The notes below the pieces were generated by a model. The model worked only from the letters and a program-made list of their open reading frames with translations. It made no database searches and was not told the origin of the DNA. Source: Schmidtea polychroa (taxonomy: Eukaryota). From it: a stretch of DNA of 64,000 nucleotides. The translations under genes and the position numbers were made by a program. Below are positions 27,099-36,579 of the stretch, one piece after another. Location: contig CM097885.1 in NCBI GenBank assembly GCA_044892525.1, forward strand, positions 225,060,001 through 225,124,000. The letters run 5' to 3'. The first letter of the stretch is position 1. Each line of letters starts with the position of its first letter.

Positions 27099-28131
27099 AA
27101 ACACGGACGCAATCACCGAAAGATTGCTACCAAAGGTATTCTGCCAAGGTGACGACTTGGAAAAGTTCATTAAAAGATGCGAAATTTATTTCGACGCCAA
27201 GAGAATCACGCAGAAGAAAGATCAGGAAAGATTAACATCTTGCATGATTGATGAGGATCTCCTGGAAGTGTACGCCAAAACACTGAAAAAAGCCGAAGGA
27301 TTCCAGGCTAGGTTGCGATTGGCATTCGATCGCGAAAGAGATGTTTTAAAGGATCTACAAAACTTGTTGAATTACAAGCGGAAGGGTGAAGAAATAGAAA
27401 CGTATTTTAAAAAGGTGGAGGACCTTGTTGATAGGTTGTTCGAAAATAAAGAATTTATCAAAGAGAAATTAACAGCAAGGATGTTAATAGTATGTGCGGA
27501 GAATAAAGAAGTTGAGAAAGAAGATAAAAGACGGAAGACAAAAAGCACAGAAGAAATAAAGGAAACACTAACTCTGATGGACAAAGTAGACAAGCAAAGA
27601 GATCAGATAAACAGTATGAAAAGTTACGCCAGAGTGGTCTATCAGGAACCACAGGGAAGAGTACAATACAAGAAGAAAGAACAGAGAGAAGAAAGTATCC
27701 GAAGAGAAATGCCAGAATGCTGGTTATGCCACAAAATAGGACACACGAAAATTGATTGTCCAATAAAAGGTAAAATAGAATGCTGGACATGTCATAGAAG
27801 CGGACATATAAGTAGAAACTGTCCAGATAAAAAAGCTCCAAGATGTTTTGGGTGTGGGAAAGAAGGTCATATAAGAAGATTGTGTCAGGAAATACGTTGT
27901 GAAAGATGTAGCAGAAATGGTCATAGATCCGAGGAGTGTTATACAAAGATGAGGTACGGGAGAGCGACGGAGAGACAAAGATTCACGGGAAACAGATACA
28001 GTCGGATAAATGGTATCGAGAAAGAAGAAGAAAGGGAATCGTGTGTAGAGACAAATGAAGATAATTTTAGGAAGACGTACCCAAACAACAGGGCTCCACC
28101 AGTAGAGGAGTTGGTTGGAGCCATATTCTAA
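27086..28131 (+). CDS. Gag of element C with four CCHC zinc knuckles
   Basis: Open frame to TAA at 28129-31 (likely start at the ATG at 27085, MVAAVN...). CX2CX4HX4C occurs four times: CWLCHKIGHTKIDC, CWTCHRSGHISRNC, CFGCGKEGHIRRLC, CERCSRNGHRSEEC. Confidence 0.9.
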
Positions 28132-31100
28132 CAGAAAATTGGATGGGATATCCTCAAGGGGCAGAAAAGTGGGAGAATATTGGAAGGGTAAGCGAGAAAG
28201 TATACAGGTTCCTAAAGAGAGAAATGTTTGAAGAGGAAGTGGAAAGAATTGGAACCATTGAAACGGAGCAGGTTGTTGAAATTTTGTATAACAGAATGCA
28301 AGGAAGGCCTAGTATAACAGTAAGGATGAATGGGGAAAATTTCAACTGTTTATTAGACACTGGTGCAAGAATCAATGTAATGAGTGTGAACTGTTTTAAC
28401 AAGCTACGAGGACAAAAATTGACGAAAAGTGACGATAAGTTACGATGCGCAAACGAGAGTACGATCGAGACAATAGGAAAAACGAAGGTGCAAGTAACCA
28501 TTGGAAATGTTTCGAAGGAAGTTATATTCATTGTGGCGGAGAAAGTGACACCAGACGTGATTGGAGGAATCGAATTACAAGAAACATTTGGATTTAGACT
28601 GTTAAAAATTAAAGATATCGAGGCTAGTGAAAAAGACAAGAACTATATTTGTAACATTGAAGCAAAATTTGGCAGAAAAATAAAGGATGAAGAACGATTG
28701 ATACGAGCGTTGGAACAGTTAAAGATCAATGAAGATAGCAAATTAAAGGAAATTATAACAAACAGTGGAAACGTGTTTATGGCAGATAAATGGGATGTGG
28801 GTCGCACACATTTGGTAAAACACAAGATAGTTACAAGAGGTGAGCCGATAAACATAAAACCATATCGCCAACCACTAAATTTGGAATCAAAGATTGAAGA
28901 AGCAATACAAAATTTGTACGAAAATGGAATTATACGGAAATGTAACTCTCCATGGAATACACCGCTAATATGGGTATGGAAAAAAGAGAAAAAGGATATT
29001 AGACTATGCTTAGACTTTAGACAGCTGAACGCGGTAACAGAGAGGCAGGCATTTCCAATGCCAAACATAGACGAGATGTTGGATTTGTTAGGAGGATCCG
29101 TCTTTTTCAGCTCAATCGATCTAGGTAATGCATATTACCAAGTGGAACTAGAAGAAAAATCACAGGAGAAAACAGCTTTTTCAACAAAGAACGGACAATA
29201 TTGTTTCAACAGAATGCCGTTTGGAATTGCAGCAGCACCAGGTACGTTCCAAGAAATTATGACAAAAGTATTAGGCAAAATAAAGGGAGCAATGGTGTAT
29301 TTGGACGACATCTTGATTTATTCAAGCAGTAAAGAGAAACACTATACAATACTCGGAGAAGTGTTAAAGGCGATTGAGGAAGCAGGCCTAAGGATTAATC
29401 CAGAAAAATGCCAAATAATAAAGGAAGAAATCAGATTCTTAGGACACATAATCAGCAAGGAAGGAGTACAGACAGATCCATCTAAAATTCAGGCCATACA
29501 GAACTTTGGGAAGCCTAATTGCGTAAAGAAACTCCGAAGCTTTTTAGGTATTTGCAATTATTATAGAATATTCATCAGTGATTATGTAAAGAAGGCAAGG
29601 ATGTTAGAACAATTATGTAGCGGACCAAGTAACAAAAAATTAGAATGGAGTGAAGGAACGAATAGCGTGTTTGAGGGATTGAAATTAGCACTCACGACGG
29701 CACCAATCTTATGTTTTCCGGATCTGAAAAAAGAGTTCATTTTAGATACTGACGCTAGTTTCCATACCATTGGAGCAGTACTTTCACAAAGAGATAAAGA
29801 TGGAAAGGAAAGAGTAATTGCGTATGGATCACACTCGATGACGAGCCACGAGAAAGGATATTGTATTACAAGAAAGGAACTATTGGCGGTATATTATTTT
29901 TGCATTCATTTTAAGCACTATCTCTACGGAAGAAGATTCACGCTCGGACAGACCACAAGGCAATCACGTTTATGATGACAACCAAGAAGCCGATTACTTC
30001 ACAATTCCAAACATGGATCAATTATTTGAGCAGTTTAGATATAAGAGTAGAATACAGAAAGGGTATTAATCACCAAAATGCAGACATGGTGTCGAGAACT
30101 AAATGTGACACGTGTGTTCAATGTCAAATGGCCCACGAAGAAGCTAAGAAAGGAAAGATAAAAACCAGATTACTAGACTCGATCAGAGAAGAGGGAAGAA
30201 GCAACATCCAACATGGAATTGTAGAAGAAGTACGAAAGAAAACGAGGATACCTGAAAATGAGTTACAAGAAACAATAAAGGAAATACATAGACTATTGTG
30301 TCATGCTGGAGTCGAGAAGATAGCCGATTATATGAAAGATAGATATGTTGGAAAACACCTGTGGAGTCAGATTCAGGAAATTGTTCGAAGTTGTGAGATT
30401 TGTCAAAAAACCAAGGCTTTAACAATAACAACGAAAGAACCAGTAAAAAAACAAGATTCGAAGGAAATGTTCGAAATTATATTCGTGGATATATGTGGAC
30501 CGTTGGCAGAAACAAAAGGACGTAAGAAGTATATATTGGGCATAATAGATCAGTATAGTAAGTATCAAGTCTTGACAGCGATAACAAAACAAGACGAAGA
30601 AACAATAAAGAAAACGATTTTAGAAAAGTGGATTTTAAGATTTGGATGCCCAAAGGAGATAAGAGTTGATTGCGGAAAGGCGTTTGAATCAGGAATAATG
30701 AGAGAATTCACAAAGATGCTAGATATTAAATTATGTTTTTCGAGTCCATACCATCACCAAACAAACGGTCAGATAGAAAGACAATTCAGGACAATACGGG
30801 ATTTGATAAATGCTACTTTACAGGATAGAAAGAAGACGGATTGGGCAGAGATATTACCAGAAGTCGAATTCACTTTAAATGCAACCAAACAAAAAACGAC
30901 AGGGAAAAGCCCGGCAGAGATAGTTTTTGGAAAAAAGATTAGCAGGGAAAAATGGTACGGGTCCAAAGAAATACCGATAAAGGAAGAACTAGAAGAACAA
31001 ACAAGGAGAAAATCCAATGTAGGAGAAGAAGTATTAGTGAAAGTAGAAACACGCCACAAAGGCCAAGACAGGTATGAAGGTCCGTACAAAGTGATAGAGA

Positions 31101-31198
31101 AAGTGCATGACAGACGATACATCTTAAGAAATGAAGATGGAAAAAGGATCGAAAGAAATGTGGAAAAACTTAAAAATTTCTTAAGAAGGGGGATATGA
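28071..31198 (+). CDS. Pol of element C (protease, RT, RNase H, integrase) with a single 1-nt frameshift near 29945
   Basis: LLDTGA, SPWNTP, LCLDFRQLN, RMPFGI, YLDD, LDTDAS, HRLLCHAG..CEIC, VDICGPL, VDCGKAF, GQIERQF, GPY. FTL-GQTT versus expected FTL-RTDH indicates one missing base. Confidence 0.92.
28080..28122 (+). promoter_or_regulatory. Candidate -1 programmed ribosomal frameshift signal (gag-pol)
   Basis: C CCA AAC heptamer in the gag frame, 5-nt spacer, then the hairpin GGCTCCA-CCA/TGG-T-TGGAGCC. The pol frame is -1 and open from 28071. Confidence 0.78.
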
Positions 31199-31886
31199 GG
31201 AAGTTTTATGATGAAGAAATTTTTAAATTGAAAATTTTAAAAATTAAATTTTAGATTAATTTTTAAAAAAACAAAATAAGAAGATATTTTAATTAAAAAT
31301 AAGAAAGTTTAAAGAAGATATAATTTGATTTTGATATTTACTGAAATAAAATTTATGGAAACAAAAACTGATTTTAATGTTTTACAGAATGAACCTCCTA
31401 ATAGTTATTTTAAGAAGACTCCAGCTATTCTTGGGGGGTGCTCAACCTGTATGTGTCAGCCAATCAATGGAGGTTGATAATAGAAAGGTGATAGAAGATT
31501 TTACAATTGAAAATGATGTAGTTGCAATCGACGATGACCCCATTGAATTGTGCCCTTCTCAATCACACGAAAATTGTAGTTTAAATTTTTTTATGAAAGA
31601 AATATTGTTTGTATTTTAAATATTATTCACTAGATATTATTCACTTATTAATAAATATTAAAAATAAACAAAATACTTAATAATATTCGGTAGTATTGTG
31701 ATTGAAAACATGAATGTCTAGTATTTTGTTACAAAATTAGTCATTATACTTTCATTGAAGTTAGGGCCTAACTATTGTAGGTTGGGTAATGCGTGGCTAG
31801 GCTAGTCGTAATTGTGAGTCAAGGTCGTGATTGGCCTCAGAAAACGAGGTCGTAAAACCGGGCGGTCGTAAGGCGAGGGTCTACTG

Positions 31887-32007
31887 TATCTAAAATGAAC
31901 TCCTTTCTCAGAATCGGAAAGCATAGGATCATTGTCGTTGTGAGTGCTAACTTCAATCCCTCGAATACGTTATTTGTTTCTTCAGTACATTCCAGTTTTT
32001 GTTACTC
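31887..32007 (-). mobile_element. Gypsy element D, RT/RH connection fragment
   Basis: Reverse complement reads KKLECTEETNNVFEGLKLALTTTMILCFPILRKEFILD and joins seamlessly to 26563 once the MITE is removed. Confidence 0.85.
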
Positions 32008-32949
32008 ATTAAAGTACAATTACAAAAAAAATAAATAAGTAACTGATTGTCACAGTGTTTAATAAAATATTACGACCAAAAGTAGATCCTATTCAAATCC
32101 TAAATTTAACTGATATTTCGATTTCAAATTTTGTTCTTTACTCTTTAACAGTTAAATTTCTATTTTAGGTTGAAATATTTCCACTTAATAAACGCTGCAG
32201 AAATGCTTACCTATTTGTTTGAATTAAGTTTTTATAAATAATTCCATGACTGACAAGTTTGTGTTTTAAATATAAATTACAGTTAATCAAAGTATACAAT
32301 GTCATCAAAAGTTTTAATAAATAATTTTTTGAAATTCTTGGAACCTGTGTATTCAGAACTTGGTGCTTCAATGGTTTTACACTTGATGAATAGAAACAAT
32401 AGTTATATTGCTAGGTTCAGAAAATCTGTGATTATATTGTAGATATATATATATTTTTGTCATGGATCAGTGATGGTCAGTCAACTGTAGATTTAGTTTT
32501 ATCTTAGAATAATGTGATTGATTATTTGCGCAGGTTGTCAAGTGTCTGCCAAGTCCTACTTCAAACACAATTGATCAATCACTATTTTTAAAGAAAATAT
32601 TTCAGATAAATAAATAAACATCATATTCTAGAAATGGATCATACAAATAGATCATACAATTGGGTCATGCAAACGATAAATGAAACTACAAGAATTCTTA
32701 AAAATCTTTTTTCTACAAAAATGATTTTAGTAAATTATAAATATTATTTTTACACAATTTGATCACAATTATAGCTTGCTCACTGATGTATTGCTTAATC
32801 TTTTTTCCTCTAATAAGTCGCGTATCATTATTCTTAACAGAATATATACATACTTCTTTTCATCAAGCCAATCCTTTAGAAAAGTGGTTTTCAATCTTTA
32901 TATAATTTAATCTTTTTCTAAAGTATCTTGATGGAGGCATTATTTAAAT

Positions 32950-33430
32950 CAGGGGTCTCAAACTCAAACTGGCCTGCGGGCCGCATTAGACTAGTATCAT
33001 GAGCAGGCGGGCCGCAACATAAATAATTGTTTTCCAGAACATGTGGAGTCTGAAACACCGACGTTAATATTTATTTAATTAAAAACTTTTTATTTAAATA
33101 TTTTATTTTAATATTTTAGCATTCATTATGCTGCTTTCTTACATTAAAATACTAAAATTAATGTTACTGTGAAATCAATCCATGTTTTGCCCACTTACCT
33201 GGCATCGTTTAGCATCAACCAAGGCATCAATGTTAGGTTTAATGTCCTGTGATGAAACCAGTCTTAGAGATGCTTGTAGATGTTCATCAGTAAGCCTAGA
33301 TCTTAATGGCGATTTGATAATTTTCATGGAAGAGAAAAATTGTTCGCAAACATACGTACTTCCAAACATTGCTATCATCCTTGCAGCAGCAGAAAGTAAC
33401 ATAGGAAACCTTTCTTTTGAAACAAACTGA
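32950..33430 (-). mobile_element. hAT (Buster/SPIN, GTF2IRD2-like) element 3' end with transposase dimerisation-domain fragment
   Basis: TIR CAGGGGTCTCAAAC at 32950, preceded by the NNNTANNN octamer ATTTAAAT. ORF 33402-33175: MFGSTYVCEQFFSSMKIIKSPLRSRLTDEHLQASLRL. Confidence 0.85.
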
Positions 33431-34327
33431 TAAAATTCTAAATTTTAAATGTTAAATGAGTAAATGACAATATAAGCCTTTTCCTGTAAAGTATATATTG
33501 AATAAAATGAAAAAAATATTCGATTATGAAAATAATTCTTGTCAATTTCTTGGAATTTAGATTTTTAATTTTCAAATGCTTTTTGATCTTTCTTTTTAAT
33601 TTTATTTTCTCCCTTCTCATTGTTTGATAAGGCATTTATATTATTTACTTGTTAATTTGAAATTATATTTTTTAAAAATGAAAAGAAATCAGAGATGAAA
33701 ATCAANNNNNNNNNNNNNNNNNNNNNNNNNNNNNNNNNNNNNNNNNNNNNNNNNNNNNNNNNNNNNNNNNNNNNNNNNNNNNNNNNNNNNNNNNNNNNNN
33801 NNNNNNNNNNNNNNNNNNNNNNNNNNNNNNNNNNNNNNNNNNNNNNNNNNNNNNNNNNNNNNNNNNNNNNNNNAACACAACTGTATATTTTATTAATGTA
33901 ATTATAGCATCTTCCTTCCTTTCGATAAGCCTCAAGGAAAATTTACAAACATGTCCAAGCTCGAGCTATTTAATGAAATGCAGTAACAACAAAGTGATCA
34001 AATATTACTTTTATGATATCAAAGTCCGTTAAGTATATAAAACAGCCTACTTACACGTATCATAATTGTCGTCATTTCTTTGTCATCCTTACAAATCGTG
34101 CTTTTTCTTGATTTCTATTCGCTATGTGTTATAAATATATAATTATTATTCTAAATAATTCTAGATCTTTTGAATTTTATCTTTATAGATGTCACATTGA
34201 GGAGGGTAACATAAAAATGTCAATGTTTTTTAACAGTTATTTTAAGAACTAGGCGACAGTTACTACAATTTATTTTTTCATGCTCACCAGTTAATATCGG
34301 TACTTATTTATTTTCTAAACTTGTTTC

Positions 34328-34664
34328 GGATCAAGTTCAAAATCCCCCCCCGTAAAAATATTAATAAAATATACAAAAAAAAATAAAAAAACATAAAAAA
34401 AGTTAAAAAATATATATTCATAAAATGTACGTGTACAGTATACCTTAGCAGTACCCTTGGGGGGTCAAATTCCTTTTTCGGATAAACCATACTATATATA
34501 AAATAATAATAATAATAATAATAATAATAATTATTATTATAATTTTATTAATTTATTATTCATTTATTATTTAATTGTTATTTATTTAATATTAATAATA
34601 TTTATTTAAACAAGGTCAAAATCCCCCCCCCCCCCCCTGCCGGGGGGGATTTTGACCTTGATCC
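34328..34664. mobile_element. MITE with GG termini and 8-bp TSD (Merlin-like), 337 bp
   Basis: TIR GGATCAAG(T/G)TCAAAATCCCCCCC at both ends; perfect TSD CTTGTTTC (34320-27 and 34665-72); an extra internal TIR copy at 34611 makes a 19-bp hairpin with the right end. Confidence 0.8.
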
Positions 34665-34672
34665 CTTGTTTC

Positions 34673-35879
34673 TGTGCACGCTTATCGCAACCATTATTTC
34701 GCGCACCATACCCAGTTAACCGATTTTTTATGATGTCCTTGATTAAAAGGTTCATTATGTTGGCGTATGTGGGGAGGAGAAAATATATACACGCCCTTCT
34801 ATCTAGCCTATCAAGCCTCATCATTTCGTTTAGACATTTCCCCTACATACCCCAAATGATCATTCGCATATTCCCACGTATGAGCCCGTGGTGATGTTCC
34901 ACGTTGGTGCTGCTCACACGGGTCGGAAAGAATTAGCAGGTGAGCCCCTGCCTTAGGACTACTCCTAACTCTTTCTCTGTTCGGGTTCTACGGTGCCTTA
35001 GAAGGACTTACCCATGCTTCACGCATCATTTGGTCCGCCCTGGTCCAAAGGGGACGACATTCAAGCTTCTACTGCTCCTTCAGGATCTTCTACTCATGAA
35101 ATTCAATCATAGCCAATCATACATATAAATCAATCAACATACCTATAGCTTCGAAAAACTGGAATGAAATCAAATGTAAACTGGTCTCGAATAAATTAAA
35201 TGTAAGTTCTGAAATCTCTGTGATGATGGTTCGGTACTCTGTGGAATATCTGCAAGTTGAAATCTGTAATCGTGAAAATTAAAAGTGGGTGTAAGTTTTT
35301 CTAAAATTTTACCTGTAATCGTGAAAATTAAAAGTGGGTGTCTTCTAATTTTTCACGTTACATATATAGTATTTTTCGTCCAATCAGGACGCTACCTGCT
35401 TGTATTTTTACTATTTATTATTATTTTTATGTTTTTATCGTCGTATATTAAATTTTTAATGACTTGACTTACCTCTTATTATTGTTTTATTTATTTTCTT
35501 ATTTTTCTCCATTTTTCCTGTGGACTTATTGTCATTTTATTGCAATATCATTTTTTGTTTTAATTAAACCTAAAATGGTTTTATTTTTATTTATTTCTTA
35601 AATTTCTTGTTTATTTGTTTTTCGCTTTTTTACTTATTCGCCTTCTATTTTATCCACTGGGTGTCCCAAATCGTTTTATTTCTAAATCTTAAGGGGTTTA
35701 TTGAGTTTTATTTAGTTTTGTTTTACTTATTCTTATTTTCTTATTGGTATTTTATTGTTCCTTTCTATTTCCTAGTGAGATCTTGCTGGTACTTTATATT
35801 TTTATCTTATTTCATTTATCTTTCGAGGTTTACCTTTTTATTCGTTCCAGCTTTCTCCACTCTGCATTTTAGCCCAACA
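34673..35879 (-). mobile_element. LTR-like element E1: putative 5' LTR 35879-35175 (TGTTGGGCT...TTACA) plus decayed internal region
   Basis: Starts TGTTGGGCT, then an A-rich tract, CCAAT (35380), TATA (35368-62) and a 29-bp direct repeat. Ends CGAGACCAGTTTACA|TTTGA, like E2. A weak integrase-like IFSSPHTPT motif lies near 34790. Confidence 0.55.
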
Positions 35880-36579
35880 ATTATATTTGATAATTGAAAT
35901 TTATTAAATTGTAAAATGTCAATTAATTAAAAAGTATAATTCTATGTAATATCTAAATTAATTTTGATTAATAAATTTTAATTAATTAAAATTTTAATGA
36001 AACAAATATCCATTTAAAATATTAAATTTATTTAAAAGATTTATAATAAAATTTATTATAAAATTCTTTTTAATGAAATAAAATAAAATTAATAGTGGAA
36101 TTTTGATGGCTCGATCATTTCCAATTTTGAATTGAAACATGTCTTCCACTTCAAACTTCTAGACACATTGATGCCTGTTTTTTTCATAAAATTTGCCACT
36201 TATTTTCACAAGACATAATTGAAAATATTTTTTTTCAATTACATTTTAATATTGCAATGATATTTACAAATTTTCAACTTTTCAAGAGCCCTCAACTAAA
36301 TAGTCTTTGTATTATACATTCTTGTTTACAAAATATTTTTGACATTCAATTTAATAAATATTTTGTAAAAATAAGTTTTAAATATTGAAACAATTAAATA
36401 AAATCAAAATTTAAATTAATAATTTTTGAACATAAAATATTATTTATTACGTAGTAAAATTAGTTTAAAAATTAACAAGCGCGTAAGGGTACATTACTAA
36501 ACATACTTTTTAATATTTATTATATGGTTGTTTCATAATTATTATCTGGTATGTTGAACCATTTGATTGGGAGTTAATC

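Larger units (their letters stand above)
26867..31403 (+). mobile_element. Gypsy element C, near-intact full-length LTR retrotransposon (4537 bp)
   Basis: LTRs at 26867-27085 and 31194-31403; 5-bp TSD GTTAT (26862-66 and 31404-08); PBS at 27086; PPT AAGAAGGGGGA at 31183-93; gag plus PR-RT-RH-INT. Confidence 0.95.
26564..31886. mobile_element. pogo/Tc1-type MITE (about 780 bp net) split by Gypsy element C
   Basis: Imperfect TIRs CAGTAAACCCCCGCAATTACGACC and (rc) CAGTAGACCCTCGCCTTACGACC; TA duplicated at 26562-63 and 31887-88, inside the LDTDAS codons of element D. Confidence 0.82.

Noticed and set aside
28129-28145. Stop-codon readthrough for gag-pol
   Set aside because: The stop is TAA and pol is in the -1 frame, so readthrough would not reach pol.
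29935-29975. Frameshift between RNase H and integrase of element C as a programmed event
   Set aside because: There is no slippery site, and it falls inside the conserved FTLRTDH motif. A 1-nt deletion or sequencing error is far simpler.
27372-31122. Many minus-strand ORFs of 60-160 aa across element C
   Set aside because: These are antisense shadows of the purine-rich gag/pol frames, with no recognisable domains.
34673-35879. E1 and E2 as Ginger-type DNA transposons (TGT termini plus integrase)
   Set aside because: No inverted TGTTGGGCT partner end was found on the + strand near either copy. The TG...CA bounded promoter block fits an LTR better, though this is not proven.
35607-35897. Hydrophobic F/L/Y-rich ORFs (also 52260-52715) as membrane proteins
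   Set aside because: Low-complexity translation of the T-rich strand of the LTR-like U3 tracts.
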